Shown one piece after another: positions 23,182-37,540 of a stretch of 64,000 nt of DNA. A model generated the notes under the pieces. The model was not told the origin of the DNA and made no database searches. It worked only from the letters and a program-made list of their open reading frames with translations. The stretch's first letter is position 1; each line of letters opens with the position of its first letter. Made by a program: the position numbers and the translations under genes. Origin of the DNA: Halomonas sp. (lineage in GTDB: Bacteria; Pseudomonadota; Gammaproteobacteria; Pseudomonadales; Halomonadaceae); assembly GCA_018401555.1 (NCBI GenBank), contig JAGYKP010000086.1, positions 42,049 through 106,048 of the forward strand, read 5' to 3'.

Positions 23182-24066
23182 TTACTCCCCGCCGTCTGGC
23201 GTGGGGCTCTTCAGGTACTGGAAGAACTCGCTGGAGGGGTCGAGAACCAGCATGTTGTCATCGCCCGCGAAGCTGTCGCGATAGGCGTTCAGGCTGCGCC
23301 AGAAGCTGAAGAACTCCTGATCCTGGCCGTAGGCTTCGGCGAAGATGGCCGAAGCCTCGGCATCACCCTCACCGCGCAGGGTCTCGGAGCGCTCGTTGGC
23401 CTGGGCCAGCAGCACCTGACGACGGCGGTCGGCGTTGGCACGGATGCGCTCGGCCTCCTCCTGACCCTGGGCACGCCACTCGCGGGCCTCCCGCTCACGC
23501 TCGGAGCGCATGCGCTCGTAGACCGCCGAGGAGACATCCTCGGGGAGGTCGATGCGCTTGACGCGGATATCGCGGATGGCCACGCCCAGCTCATCGCGCA
23601 GCAGCTGGTCGAGCTCCTCGGTGGGGCCGGTCATCAGGTCATCACGACGTTCGGCGATGATCTGCTGCAGGTCGAGGCGACCGAACTCGTTACGCAGGCT
23701 CTCGTCGACCCGCGGCTGGATCAGCCGGCTGGCCATCAGCTCGTCGCCGGCCGTGGCCTCGTAGTACTGGGTCGGGTTGACCACCTGCCACTTGACGTAG
23801 GAGTCGACGATCACCGCCTTCTGCTCCAGGGTCAGGTAGCGGCTGGGCTCGGTATCCAGGGTCAACAGCCGGGTATCGAAGGTACGCACCGTCTGGGTGA
23901 TCGGCACCTTGAAGTGCAGGCCGGGCTGGATGTTTTCCTCGATGATCTCACCAAAGCGCAGCTTGACCGCACGCTCGGTCTCGTCGACCACGTAGAGGCT
24001 GTTGCTGGCCAGCCAGGCGACGGCCGCCAGGCCGCCGACAATGAGCAGGGAACGATTATTGATCAT
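23182..24066 (-). CDS. hflC: Protease modulator HflC
   Basis: SPFH domain; PGLHFKVP, RVKRIDLP, RMRSER, EFFSFWRSL. Confidence 0.95.
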   Translation of the reverse strand: MINNRSLLIVGGLAAVAWLASNSLYVVDETERAVKLRFGEIIEENIQPGLHFKVPITQTVRTFDTRLLTLDTEPSRYLTLEQKAVIVDSYVKWQVVNPTQYYEATAGDELMASRLIQPRVDESLRNEFGRLDLQQIIAERRDDLMTGPTEELDQLLRDELGVAIRDIRVKRIDLPEDVSSAVYERMRSEREREAREWRAQGQEEAERIRANADRRRQVLLAQANERSETLRGEGDAEASAIFAEAYGQDQEFFSFWRSLNAYRDSFAGDDNMLVLDPSSEFFQYLKSPTPDGGE

Positions 24067-25300
24067 TTAGCGGCCCTCCCTGCGGATACCACCGGTGTTG
24101 CTGCTGTTGCTGGTGTTGCCGGAAGACGACGAGGCGCCCTGGGTGCCGCGCAGGCGCTCCAGCACCCGCGGGTCGAGCTCGCCCTCTCCGCCCTGCTGTG
24201 CGCTGCTGCTTCCGCTTCTGCCCAGCTGATCCAGGGGCAGGTACATCAGCGGCGCGTCATTGGCGACATCGACCATCACCTTGGAGGTGTTACCGAACAC
24301 TTCGCTGACGGCATCGAGGTAGAGGCGCTCACGCATGATCGCCGGTGCATCCTCGTACTGGGTAAGCAGGGCGCTGAAACGGCTGGCCTGACCACGTGCC
24401 TCGGCGACTACCGATTCGCGATAGCCCTGGCCCTGCTCGACGATGCGCTGCGCCTGGCCCTGAGCCTCGGGGATGATGGCATTGGCGTAGGCCATGCCCT
24501 GGTTGATGGTGCGCTGGCGATCCTCGCGGGCACGGATGACGTCATCGAAGGCATCGATGACCTGGTCCGGCGCCGAGGTGGACTCGATGTTGATGGTCTG
24601 CAGGCGAATGCCGGTTCCGTAGCTGTCCTGATAGGACTGCAGGCGACTGGCCACCGAGCTACCGAGGATCTCGCGACCGGAGGTCAGGATGTCGATCATG
24701 TCGGTGCCGCCGACCACGTGACGCAGGGCACTGTCCAGGGCGTTCTCGATGGAGAGCTGCGGATCGCGTACGTTGAGCACGAAGTCGCGCGGATCGGCGA
24801 CCTGGTACTGGGCCGAGATCTCGACCTCGACGATATTCTCGTCGCGGGTCAGCATCGACTGGGTCTGGGTCAGCGAGCGCACCCGGGTCACGTTGACCAT
24901 GCGCACGTCGTCGATCAGCGGCGGATTCCACTGCAGGCCGGGGGTGACGACCTCCTGGAACTTGCCGAAACGCAGCACCACGCCCCGCTCCGACTGGTCG
25001 ACCAGGTAGAACCCCGAGGCCGCCCAGATGGCCAGGGCCACCACGACCAGCAGGCCCGGCAGGGTGAAGGCATTGCGCGGCTTGCCACCCCCGCCCTTGC
25101 CGCCGGATCCACCTTTCTTGCCCCCGCGGCCACCCAGCATGCTGTTGAGCTTGTCCTGAAACTTCTTCAGGGCCTCGTCCGGAGTCCGGCGGCTGATTGC
25201 CACCGCCCTTGCCACCGCCGCCGTTACCGCCGCCGCGACGACCGCCCCCACTCCAGGGGTCGTGCTGGTTGCCACCACCACCAGGCTCATTCCAGGCCAT
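24067..25300 (-). CDS. hflK: Protease modulator HflK (frameshift near 25185)
   Basis: MAWNEPG...DPW; GFYLVDQSERGVVLRFGK; AFDDVIRARED; RERLYLD. Confidence 0.95.
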
Positions 25301-25384
25301 AGGTCTTCTCCACTATGCGTTGCTGCCCCGACCGGAGATGCCGGCCGGGGCCTCGGTTGCGATCCTGTCTTGTCCATGCCCCGT

Positions 25385-26707
25385 CTAGGGGGTCTCTTCC
25401 CACGCCTCACGCTCGCTCAGCGACGCCGGCAGGTAGTCTTCGGCCCGCTCGCCGAGCCGCGCCATCAGCTGCAGGAAGTCGCGGCGCGGCAACCGCACCT
25501 GCAGGTGTGTCTGGCCCTCCTCGGCAAAGCTCTCCTCGCGCACCGCACCCAGCTCGTGCAGGCCGGCGCGCAAGCGACCCTGCTCGGGCTCCAGAGTCAG
25601 CGCGAAATCGATGACATCATCGGCCAGGCACTCCGAGAGCGCCTGCTCCAGCAGCTCGAGCCCCCTGTCCTCCCGGGCCGAGAGCCACACTACCTCGGGG
25701 CGCCCCTCGCCGTCGCGCTCGATACGCGGGGCGCTGTCGAGCAGGTCGATCTTGTTCATCACCCTGAGCGTCGGCACCCCCAGGGCACCGATCTCGTCGA
25801 GCACCGTCTCGACCTGCTCCACATTGAGCTCGCGGTCGGGATCGGCGGCGTCGATGACGTGAACCAGCAGGCTGGCCTCGGCGGCCTCCTGCAGGGTCGC
25901 CTGGAAGGCCTCCACCAGCTTGTGCGGCAGGTGGCGGATGAAGCCTACGGTATCCGCCATCACCACCGGCCCCACATCCTCGATCTCCAGGCGCCGCAGT
26001 GTCGGGTCGAGGGTAGCGAAGAGCTGGTCGGCCGCATAGACCTTCGATTCGGTCAGGGCGTTGAACAGCGTTGACTTGCCGGCGTTGGTATAGCCCACCA
26101 GCGAGACACTGGGAATCTCGGCCCGGGCCCGGGAGCGACGGTTCTGGTCGCGCTGGGTACGCACCTTGTCGAGGCGCTTGTGGATCGCCTTGATGCGCCC
26201 ACGCAGCAGCCGCCGGTCGGTCTCCAGCTGGGTCTCGCCGGGACCGCGCAGGCCGATACCGCCCTTCTGGCGCTCCAGGTGGGTCCAGCCCCGCACCAGG
26301 CGGGTCGACATGTACTCCAGCTGGGCCAGCTCCACCTGCAGCTTGCCCTCGTGGGTACGCGCCCGCTGGGCGAAGATATCGAGGATCAGGCCGGTGCGAT
26401 CGATCACGCGACACTTGAGCTCGCGCTCGAGGTTGCGCTGCTGGGAGGGGCTCAGGCCATGATTGAAGATCACCAGCTCGGCGCCATGGACGCCGAGCGC
26501 CTCGCGCAGCTCCTCGAGCTTGCCGGAGCCCACGAAGGTGCGCGAGTCGGGACGCTTGCGGCTGCCGGTCAGCAGGGTGGCCGGCACGGCACCGGCCGAA
26601 CGCACGAGCTCCAGGAGTTCACCCGGATCCTCGCGCTCCTGTTCGTCCTGGAAGTCCATATGGACGAGTACCGCCGTCTCACCGGCGTCGGGGCGTTCAA
26701 AAAACAA
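25385..26707 (-). CDS. hflX: GTPase HflX
   Basis: RGPGETQLETDRR, VGYTNAGKST, LFATLDPT, DTVGFI. Confidence 0.97.
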   Translation of the reverse strand: MFFERPDAGETAVLVHMDFQDEQEREDPGELLELVRSAGAVPATLLTGSRKRPDSRTFVGSGKLEELREALGVHGAELVIFNHGLSPSQQRNLERELKCRVIDRTGLILDIFAQRARTHEGKLQVELAQLEYMSTRLVRGWTHLERQKGGIGLRGPGETQLETDRRLLRGRIKAIHKRLDKVRTQRDQNRRSRARAEIPSVSLVGYTNAGKSTLFNALTESKVYAADQLFATLDPTLRRLEIEDVGPVVMADTVGFIRHLPHKLVEAFQATLQEAAEASLLVHVIDAADPDRELNVEQVETVLDEIGALGVPTLRVMNKIDLLDSAPRIERDGEGRPEVVWLSAREDRGLELLEQALSECLADDVIDFALTLEPEQGRLRAGLHELGAVREESFAEEGQTHLQVRLPRRDFLQLMARLGERAEDYLPASLSEREAWEETP

Positions 26708-26715
26708 TCACTACC

Positions 26716-26964
26716 TCACTCATCTTCCTGCGGCGCGGCAGGATCCTGGGCCGGCAGGCGCACGTTGCGCGACGGCACCACGGTGGAAATGGCGTGCTTG
26801 TAGACCATCTGGCTGACGGTGTTGCGCAGCAGGATGACGAACTGGTCGAAGGACTCGATCTGGCCCTGCAGCTTGATGCCGTTGACCAGGAAGATCGATA
26901 CCGGGATACGCTCCTTGCGCAGGATGTTCAGGTACGGATCTTGAAGCGACTGCCCTTTGGACAT
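26716..26964 (-). CDS. hfq: RNA chaperone Hfq
   Basis: [34 protein letters not shown]...[10 protein letters not shown]. Confidence 0.98.
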   Translation of the reverse strand: MSKGQSLQDPYLNILRKERIPVSIFLVNGIKLQGQIESFDQFVILLRNTVSQMVYKHAISTVVPSRNVRLPAQDPAAPQEDE

Positions 26965-27065
26965 TTTTTCTCTCCCTGGATGTGTCTCTGGGGTTGGGTT
27001 ATTGGGGTTTTCGGGGGCCTTTTCAAGCGGCCCGGCCAGCGGCCTAGGAAACACCGTATCTTACG

Positions 27066-28004
27066 CTAAGTGCCGAAATGGCGCACGAGTTTCAGCACCT
27101 CCGCCAGGGAGTCGTCGCCCAGGGTATCCACCCAGTGCAGCGCCTCCCAGCTGCGCATCCAGGTCAGCTGCCGCTTGGCCAGCTGCCGGGTCGCCACGAT
27201 GCCGCGCTGCTCGAGACCGGCGCGGTCGACCTCGCCGTCGAGGTACTCCCATACCTGACGATACCCTACGCTCTTCATCGCGGGCAGCGCCGGCGTCAAA
27301 TCGCCGCGCGACCGCAGGGCGGCGACCTCATCGATCAGGCCACCCTCGAGCATGGCCGCGAAGCGTGTCGCGATACGCTCATGCAGCACGCGCCGCTCGC
27401 CCGGCGCGAGCCCTATCGACAGCGTGCGCCAGGGAAAGGTTTCCGGACGCTGTTCGGCCCACAGCTCGCTGAGGGTGCGCCCGCTGATGCGAAAGACCTC
27501 CAGGGCGCGCAGCAGCCGCTGGGGGTCGCCTGGGTGGATCCGCGCCGCCGAGCCCGGGTCGACGCGGCCGAGCTCCTGATGCAGGGCGGGCATGCCGCGG
27601 GCAGCGAGCTCGGCCTCGAGCTCGGCGCGCACCTTCGGGTCGGAACTCGGCAGGTTGGCCACGCCATGCAGCAGCTGCTTGAGGTACATCATGGTGCCGC
27701 CCACCAGCAGCGGCACCCGGCCGGCGGCACTGATCTCGCGCATCTCGCGCAGGGCGTCCTCGCGAAACTCCGCCGCCGAGTAGGGATCAGCCGGATCGCG
27801 GATATCGATCAGCCGGTGCGGCGCGCGGGCCAGCTCCTGCGCCGAGGGCTTGGCGCTGCCGATGTCCATGCCACGGTAGACCATGGCCGAGTCGACACTG
27901 ATCAGCTCCACGCCCAGGCGTTCATGGAGCTCGATGGCGAGATCGGTCTTGCCGGCGGCGGTGGGCCCCATCAGCAGGATCGCGGGGGGGCGCTTATCGA
28001 TCAT
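27066..28004 (-). CDS. miaA: tRNA dimethylallyltransferase
   Basis: [45 protein letters not shown]. Confidence 0.97.
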   Translation of the reverse strand: MIDKRPPAILLMGPTAAGKTDLAIELHERLGVELISVDSAMVYRGMDIGSAKPSAQELARAPHRLIDIRDPADPYSAAEFREDALREMREISAAGRVPLLVGGTMMYLKQLLHGVANLPSSDPKVRAELEAELAARGMPALHQELGRVDPGSAARIHPGDPQRLLRALEVFRISGRTLSELWAEQRPETFPWRTLSIGLAPGERRVLHERIATRFAAMLEGGLIDEVAALRSRGDLTPALPAMKSVGYRQVWEYLDGEVDRAGLEQRGIVATRQLAKRQLTWMRSWEALHWVDTLGDDSLAEVLKLVRHFGT

Positions 28005-28008
28005 GGGC

Positions 28009-29954
<1,946 letters not shown>

Positions 29955-29966
29955 ATCACTCCAAAT

Positions 29967-30007
<41 letters not shown>

Positions 30008-30077
30008 AAGATGTCGCCGCCGAAACTCACGACACGGTTTTTTCTTACAGCTTAAAGCTTACAGCTCCCCGAAGGGG

Positions 30078-31526
30078 TCATGAACGGGGAATGCGCAGCA
30101 CCTGTCCCACCCGGATCACGTCACCATTGAGCTCGTTGGCCTGCTTGAGGCGGCCCACCGGCACGTTGTGGCGCGAGGCGATCTCGGACAGGGTATCGCC
30201 CGGCTGGATGCGGTACTCGTTGCCGGCGGTACTCCGCCCGTTGTCGCGCTGCCAGGCCAGCAGGCTGGCCGGTGGCGGGTTGGTGCGGAAATGCTCCTCC
30301 AGGCCGGCGAAGACGGCCCGGGCCATCTCCTCCTGATGGGCCGGATCGCGCAGGCGCCGCTCCTCGTCGGGGTTGGAGATGAAGCCGGTCTCGACCAGCA
30401 GCGAAGGGATATCCGGCGACTTGAGCACCACGAAGCCGGCCTGCTCCACCCGCGACTTGTGCAGGCGGTTGACGCGCCCCAGGCGTCCAGCACCCTGACC
30501 GCCGATGGAGAGGGAGTCGTTGAGCGTCGCGGTCATGGTCAGGTCGAGCAGCACGCCGCGCAGCACCTCGTCCTTGTCCTTGAGCGACAGGTTGCCGTCC
30601 ACGCCGCCGATCAGGTCGGCCTGGTTCTCGCTCTCGGCCAGCCACTGGGCGGTCTCGGAGGTGGCCCCGCGCTGGGAGAGCGCGTAGACCGAACTGCCGT
30701 TGGGGCGCGGACTATTGAAGGCATCGGCATGGATGGAGACGAAGAAGTCCGCCTTCTGTTCGCGCGCGATGTGGGTGCGCTGGCGCAGCCCCACGTAGTA
30801 GTCGCTGTCGCGGATCATCACGGCGCGAAAGCCCTCGGTGGCGTTGACCCGCTGCTGGAGGCGCTTGGCGATCTGCAGCACCACGTCCTTCTCGCGGGTC
30901 CCCGCGGGGCCGATGGCACCCGGGTCCTCGCCACCGTGCCCGGCATCGATGGCGATGATGATATCGCGTCGGGGGTGGGGCTGGGCGCGCTGCACCGCCG
31001 CCTCGGGCTCGGCAGCCGCGGCCGCGCCGCCTTGGTCGGCCTGGGCCTGGGCACGCTTGGCGGCGATCTCCTGCTCGCGGATCATCGCCTCGATGGGGTC
31101 GATGGGGTCCTCCACCGCACTCTCCCCGGGGTACTCCAGGTCCACCACCAGGCGGTGGCCGTACTGGTCGTTGGGCGCCAGGGAGAAGTGCCGTGGGTCC
31201 ACCTCGCGCTCGAGGTCGAGCACCACGCGCAGGCCGCTGCCATCCCGCACGCCGGAACGGATGCGACTGATGGCGCTGCCGGTCAGGTCGAGGCCGTCGA
31301 GATCGGCCCCCATGCGGCTATCATCCAGGTCGATCACCAGGCGGCGCGGATTGTCGAGGGAGAACACCTCGGCCCGGGTCGGCGATGCCAGGTCGAAGAC
31401 CAGACGCGCATGATCGGGCGCCGCCCACAGGCGCAGGTTCTCCACCTCGCCGGCCTGGACCCCGGTCAGCGGGGCCAGCAGCAACATGCCCAGCGCCAGC
31501 AGGCGATGCAGGGCAGCCAACCTCAT
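30078..31526 (-). CDS. amiB: N-acetylmuramoyl-L-alanine amidase (AMIN + Amidase_3 + LysM)
   Basis: IDAGHGGEDPGA, FVSIHADA, PSLLVETGFISN, YRIQPGDTLSEIA; position upstream of mutL. Confidence 0.92.
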   Translation of the reverse strand: MRLAALHRLLALGMLLLAPLTGVQAGEVENLRLWAAPDHARLVFDLASPTRAEVFSLDNPRRLVIDLDDSRMGADLDGLDLTGSAISRIRSGVRDGSGLRVVLDLEREVDPRHFSLAPNDQYGHRLVVDLEYPGESAVEDPIDPIEAMIREQEIAAKRAQAQADQGGAAAAAEPEAAVQRAQPHPRRDIIIAIDAGHGGEDPGAIGPAGTREKDVVLQIAKRLQQRVNATEGFRAVMIRDSDYYVGLRQRTHIAREQKADFFVSIHADAFNSPRPNGSSVYALSQRGATSETAQWLAESENQADLIGGVDGNLSLKDKDEVLRGVLLDLTMTATLNDSLSIGGQGAGRLGRVNRLHKSRVEQAGFVVLKSPDIPSLLVETGFISNPDEERRLRDPAHQEEMARAVFAGLEEHFRTNPPPASLLAWQRDNGRSTAGNEYRIQPGDTLSEIASRHNVPVGRLKQANELNGDVIRVGQVLRIPRS

Positions 31527-32032
31527 GGGGTGCTCCCCTCGCGGCGATCATCGGCGAGCCGCCATTCGGCGACGGCGGGCATGGCGCCCAGGCGTGCCAG
31601 GGCGGCGCGACCATGCGCACTGTGCGCTTCCAGCCGGGCCTCGCGGCCACTGCCCACCACGCCAAGCTCGATGCGCAGGTCGGGATCGGGCAACCAGCCG
31701 GCTCCACGGGCGGGCCATTCGATCAGGCTCAGGGCGTCGTCGCCGAGCAGGTCGCGACCACCGATGAACTCCAGCTCCTCGGGGTCCCCCAGCCGATAGA
31801 GATCGAAGTGGTAGACCCGCACCCCGTCGAGCTCGTAGGGCTCCACCAGGGTGTAGGTAGGGCTCTTCACTGCGCCGCGATGGCCATAGGCACGCAGCAC
31901 GCCGCGTGCCAGGGTGGTCTTGCCGGCCCCCAGCTCGCCGACGAGATAGACCCGTCCACGCCCCTCCAGGGCACGGCCCAGGCATTCGCCCAGGCCCACC
32001 TGGCTTTCTTCGTCATCGAGTCGCAGCCGCAT
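31523..32032 (-). CDS. tsaE: tRNA threonylcarbamoyladenosine biosynthesis ATPase
   Basis: GELGAGKTT, VKSPTYTLVEPY, HFDLYRL, LIEWP. Confidence 0.95.
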   Translation of the reverse strand: MRLRLDDEESQVGLGECLGRALEGRGRVYLVGELGAGKTTLARGVLRAYGHRGAVKSPTYTLVEPYELDGVRVYHFDLYRLGDPEELEFIGGRDLLGDDALSLIEWPARGAGWLPDPDLRIELGVVGSGREARLEAHSAHGRAALARLGAMPAVAEWRLADDRREGSTP

Positions 32033-33562
32033 CGCCCTCGCCCTTGCCATCACACGTCGCCATCAAACCCTGTGTCGGGTTGACCAGAATTCGCGCATAG
32101 GATGCCAGATCGCCGGCCAGCAAACCACGCTCCCCGGCGTCTGGCGCGGCGAGATCCGCGGCCCGGGCGTGCACCAGCACCCCCAGCCGGGCGGCCGTCT
32201 CCAGTGGTACGCCCTGGGCCAGCAGGGCGCCGAGCATCCCGGAGAGCGCATCGCCCATGCCGCCGCTGGCCATGCCCGGGTTGCCGAAGGGGCAGACGGC
32301 CATCCCTGTGGGGCCTTCGATCAGGCTGCCCGCGCCCTTGAGGATGACCACGCCACCCCAGCGCTCGCGCAGCGCCCGCGCCGCCGCGGGGCGATTCACC
32401 TCGACCTCGGCGGCAGTGCATCCCAGCAGGCGTGCCGCCTCGCCGGGGTGCGGCGTCAGGATCCAGTCATCACGGCGTGTCCCGGCGAAGTGCGTGGCCA
32501 GCAGGTTGAGCCCGTCGGCATCCACCACCAGCGGCTTGCCGGCAGCCAGCGCCGCCTGCAGCACGCCCTGCCCCCAGCTGCCCTGCCCCAGGCCCGGCCC
32601 TACCACCAGCAAATCGGCAAGGGTGGGCAACGCGCCGAGGTCGGCGGCACCGCGGACAGCGTGGGCCATCACCTCGGGACGCCGCACCAGGCTGGCGGTG
32701 ACGTGCTCGGGCGCCGTAGCCAGACTCACGCCTCCGCCCCCAGCCGCGCGCAGGCCTCGACGGCCAGCAGCGCCGCCCCCCCGAAGCCGGGCGCTCCCCC
32801 CAGGATCAGGGCATGCCCACACTCGCCCTTGTGGGCGGTGCGGCGCACGCGCCGGCAGCCAGGCTCGCAGCAGGCTCTCGTCGAGCAACTGAGCCGAGGG
32901 CACCAGGTCGGCCTCGGCCAGGGCGTCCACGCCCAGGTCGCGGAAGACGACCTCGCCGGTGTGGTCCGCGGCGGCGCCGGTGTGCAGCCCCACCTTGTCG
33001 CCGATAAAGGTCACGGTGGCAGCGGCGCGCACCGCCTCGCCGAGCACCGTGCCGCTGTCGGCATGCAATCCCGAGGGAATATCGATGGCCAGCACCGGCG
33101 TGGCGCTCGCGTTGACCGCGGCGATCGCCTCGCGGAGTCCCGCACCTCGCACCGAGGCCGGTACCCGGCAGGGCATCCACCAGCTGGCCGCGGAACGCCA
33201 TGCCGGGACGCAGGCTCGGCGCGACCTAACCCAGCCGCCGTGGCCATGTCCGCGGCGAGGCGGGCATCGCCACTCAACTCGTCGACCTCCTTGAGCAGGA
33301 TGCGCTGCACAGCGAGCCCCTCGGCGGCGGCCAGGGCGGCCAGCACATGGCCGTCGCCACCGTTGTTGCCCGCCCCGCACAGCACCGTCAGCGCCCGAAC
33401 CCGCGGCCAGCGCTCCCTGAGGCACTGCCAGGCGGCAGCGCTGGCGCGCTGCATCAGGGCAAAGCCCTCGATGCCACCGGCGATGGTCCGCCGATCGAGC
33501 TCACGCACCTGCGCGGCACGGTAGAGCGGGTGCAGCGATACGGCAAGATGGCTGTCGGCCAT
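32013..33562 (-). CDS. nnr: Bifunctional NAD(P)H-hydrate epimerase/dehydratase (several frameshifts)
   Basis: CGAGNNGGDG, AIDIPSGL, VVGPGLG, VVDADGLN, ILTPHPGEAARL, NPGMASGGMGDALSG. Confidence 0.92.
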
Positions 33563-33688
33563 GCAGTGTCTCCCGGGTGGCAATGCTTTATCATGGCGAT
33601 GGTTCGATGAACGCGCTTATCGAACAGTGTAAAGCCTTCGCGGCTTGCGCCAAGTGACGCAGGCCCCCTGCACGGTGTTTCCGCGATC

Positions 33689-34779
33689 ATGTCTTCCTCG
33701 TCTGTCCACGCCGACGCCCCCGATCTGCATGCCCTGGCCGAGCGTATCAAGGCCTGGGGAGGCGAGCTCGGCTTCCAGCAGCTCGGCATCACCGATGTCG
33801 ACCTGGCCGAGGACGAGGGGCGCCTCGCCCGCTGGCTGGCCGCCGGCCATCACGGCGAGATGGGCTTCATGGCCAAGCACGGCACCAAGCGTACCCGCCC
33901 CGCCGAGCTGGTGCCGGGCACCGTGCGGGTAATCAGCGTGCGCCTGGACTACCTGCCCGCCGAGGTGGAGACCCTGGCCACGCTGGAGCGGCCCGAGACG
34001 GCCTATGTATCGCGCTATGCCACCGGGCGCGACTATCACAAGCTGATGCGCAAGCGCCTGGCGACGCTGGCCAAGTGGATCGAGGCCGAGGCCAGGCCCC
34101 TTCGGCTACCGCGCCTTCGTCGACTCGGCACCGGTGATGGAGCGTGCCCTGGCGCGCAAGGCGGGGCTCGGCTGGGTCGGCAAGAACGCCATGCTGCTCA
34201 ATCCCCGGGCCGGCTCGCTATTCTTCCTGGGCGAGCTGTATACCGACCTGCCGCTGCCGGTGGATGAGCCCTTCGAGGGCGAGCACTGCGGCAGCTGCAG
34301 CGCCTGCCGCACGGCCTGCCCCACCGGCGCCATCGTCGAGGACCGCGTGGTGGACGCCCGGGCCTGCATCTCCTACCTGACCATCGAACTGTTCGGCGCC
34401 ATTCCCGAAGCGCTTCCGCGAAGCCATGGGCAACCGCGTGTTCGGCTGCGACGACTGCCAGCTGGTCTGCCCCTTCACCCGCTTCGCCACCCCCACCGCC
34501 GAGAAGGACTTCACGCCGCGCCACGACCTCGACCGCGCCAGCCTGCTGTCGCTGTTCGCCTGGGGCGAGGAGGAGTTCCTGGACAAGACCGCCGGCAGCC
34601 CGATCCGCCGCATCGGCTATGAGCGCTGGCTGCGCAACCTTGCCGTGGGGCTGGGCAACGCCCCCTGGAGCGAAGCCGTGGAGGCCGCGCTACGCGCGCG
34701 GCTGGCCTACCCCTCCGAACTGGTGCGCGAGCACGTGCGCTGGGCGCTGGCCCGGCAGCGGAGAAGCGGCCGCCGCTGA
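33689..34779 (+). CDS. queG: Epoxyqueuosine reductase (frameshifts)
   Basis: [45 protein letters not shown]. Confidence 0.93.
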
Positions 34780-34791
34780 TCGCGGCGAGCG

Positions 34792-34819
34792 TTAAGCCGT
34801 AAGCTGTAAGCTTACAGCT
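34792..34819. repeat. Heptamer-family palindrome between converging queG and orn
   Basis: TTAAGCCGTAAGCTGTAAGCTTACAGCT, same unit family as the mutL array. Confidence 0.7.
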
Positions 34820-34834
34820 CCGGGCGAAGCCCGG

Positions 34835-35441
34835 TTATTCCTCCTCGTCACTCTCCCGCCCCGGCAGGCGCAGGAAGGTCTCGCGATAGTGGGCCAGCTC
34901 GGCGATGGACTCCTTGATGTCGTCCATGGCCAGGTGCACGTTGCGCTTCCTGAAACCCGCCATGGCGCCGGGATTCCAGCGCTTGGCCAGCTCCTTGAGG
35001 GTGGAGACATCCAGGTTGCGGTAGTGGAAGAAGGCCAGCAGCTCGGGCATCTCGCGCTCCAGGAAGCGGCGATCCTGATGGATGCTGTTGCCGCACATCG
35101 GCGAGGTGCCGGAGTCGACATGCTCGCGCAGGAACTCCAGGGTACGCCGCTCGGCCTCGGCGGTGTCGATATCGCTGGCCTGCACCCGCTGCGGTCAGCC
35201 CCGACTCGCCGTGGGTCTTCGTGCACCACTCGTCCATCGCCTCGAGCAGGGCGTCGGGCTGCTTGACCGCGATAACCGGCCCCTCGGCGACCACGTTGAG
35301 CTCGGCGTCGGTGACCAGGGTGGCCACCTCGATGATGCGCTCCTTCTCCGGGTCCAGCCCGGTCATCTCCAGATCGATCCACACCAGGCGCTGCTTGCGG
35401 GGATCCTGCTTGCTGTCTTTCGCTGACGCTTGCGAACTCAT
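34835..35441 (-). CDS. orn: Oligoribonuclease (frameshift near 35190)
   Basis: [50 protein letters not shown]. Confidence 0.95.
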
Positions 35442-35537
35442 GGGGAAGCCTTCTCCTGCGGGGCCGGCTCGCAACCTCGCGACAGCCGGCGTCATGGATG
35501 AGTACAATGCCTTCATTGTACCGAGCATCAGGGCCTC

Positions 35538-36580
35538 ATGAGCAAACGCAAACTGAGCCGCCAGCAGCGCTGGCGTGTCGAGAAGATCCAGGCCGAGCGC
35601 GCCCAGCGGGCGACCCGGCGTGATGTCCCGGAGGACGAGCTGCTCGCCGCGGGGGACTACGGCCCCGAGCAACCGGGCCGGGTGATCGCCCACTTCGGGC
35701 GCACCCTGGACGTGCGGCCGGACGCCGGCGGCGAGGTGATCCGCTGCCACCTGCGCGCCAACCTCGAGGGCCTGGTCACCGGTGACCGGGTGGTGTGGCG
35801 CGGCAGGACGGATGCCGAGGGACGCACCGTGGAGGGCGTGGTGGTGGCCCGCGGCGAAGCGCGCGACAGCGTGCTCGAGCGCCCCGATGCCGCGCGGCCA
35901 GCTCAAGCCGGTGGCGGCCAATATCGACCAGATCCTGATCGTCTTCGCGGGTGGAACCCGGAGCCGCACTGCCAACCTGATTGACCGCTACCTGGTGGCC
36001 GCCGAGGCCCAGCGGATCCTCCGGTGCTGGTGCTCACACAGATCGACCTGCTGCCGCGGTGGCGGCGGTGAACTGCGCGCTGCTGCGTCGCTACGAGGGA
36101 CTGGGCTACCCGGTGGTGACCACCACCACCGAGCGTGAAGGGGGCCTCGACGCCCTGCATGCCCGCCTCGCCGGCCGCACCTCGGTGTTCGTGGGCCAGA
36201 GCGGCGTGGGCAAGTCGTCGCTGATCGACCGCCTGCTGCCCGACGAGGAACTTCGCATCGGCGAGCTGTCGAAGGATTCACGCAAGGGAACCCATACCAC
36301 CACCACCGCACGGCTCTATCGCCTCCCGGAGGCGGAGGGTGCCGAACTGATCGACTCCCCGGGGATTCGCGAATTCGGCCTGATCCACCTCGACGAGCAG
36401 CAGGTCACCGAGGGTTTCATCGAGTTCCGCGCCCTTCCAGGCTGCACACTGCCGCTCACGCGACCGTCGCCACCGCAGGAACCCGGCTGCGCCCTGCTGG
36501 AAGCGGTGGAACGTGGCGAGATTCATCCCGAGCGCTTCACCAGCTACCGCCGCATCCTCGACTCGCTGGAGGCGAGCTGA
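35538..36580 (+). CDS. rsgA: Ribosome small subunit-dependent GTPase A (multiple indels)
   Basis: [42 protein letters not shown]. Confidence 0.93.
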
Positions 36581-36642
36581 GGGCGCGCCGCGACCAAGGA
36601 CCTGACACCAGGCCAGCCCCTGATACAGGAAAGGAGAGCCCC

Positions 36643-37486
36643 ATGAGTTCCGAAGCCAACCTGCTGCCGCTGATCGTCGAGCCGGAAGAACTCGCCGAGC
36701 ACCTCGACGAGGCCTCGCTGCTGATCGTCGATGTGCCGATGCGCGTCGAGAGCTACCCCGAGGGCCACGTGCCCGGCGCGGTGCTAGCTGCTGGACCCCA
36801 GCGCCCGGCTGATGCGCGGCGAAGGCGAGGTGCCCTGCCTAGAGCCCACCGTCGAGCAGCTCTCGGCGCTGTTCAGCGAGCTGGGCCTGACCCGGGACCT
36901 GCTGCCGGTCGCCTACGCCGACGACGGGCGGCGGCTGGGCCGAGGTCGCCTGCTGTGGACCCTGGAGCTGATCGGCCACACCCGCTACTCGTACCTCAAC
37001 GGCGGCATCCACGCCTGGCGCGAGGGCGGGCCAGCCGGCCTCTCGAAAGCGAGGCCAGCCGGCCCACTCCCAGCGAGTATGAGGCGGAGATCCTTCGCCC
37101 CGAGGTGCGCAGATCGAGCGCAGCGAACTGGTCGAGCGCCTGGGCGAGAAGGGCTTCGCGGTATGGGACGCCTCGCTCCCGAGGAGTATCGCGGCGAGAA
37201 GGGCGAGAACAAGCGCCTGGGCCATATCCCCGGCGCGGTAAACCTGGAGTGGACCCAGGCCATGGACCGCGAGCGCGCCCTGCGCATCCGTGACTATGCC
37301 GAGCTGATCACCGAACTCGAGGCGCTGGGCCTGACCCCGGACATGGAAGTGATCACCCACTGCCAGAGCCACCACCGCAGCGGCTTCACCTGGCTGGTAG
37401 GCAAGGCGCTGGGGTTCGAGAAGATCCGCGGCTATGCCGGCTCCTGGAAGGAGTGGGGCAATCGCGACGATACCCCGATCGAATGA
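36643..37486 (+). CDS. Two-domain rhodanese/sulfurtransferase (multiple indels)
   Basis: GHVPGA, YLNGGIHAW, GHIPGAVN, THCQSHHRS, GYAGSWKEW. Confidence 0.88.
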
Positions 37487-37540
37487 CAGCAATATCCCTG
37501 TCGCTCACCACCCTGAAGCCCTTTTGAGAACTCACGCATA

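Noticed and set aside
23074-25302. Long antisense ORFs (e.g. 742 aa over hflKC; also 971-2509, 30168-31799, 51165-52571)
   Set aside because: Shadow ORFs expected opposite high-GC3 genes, with no recognisable motifs
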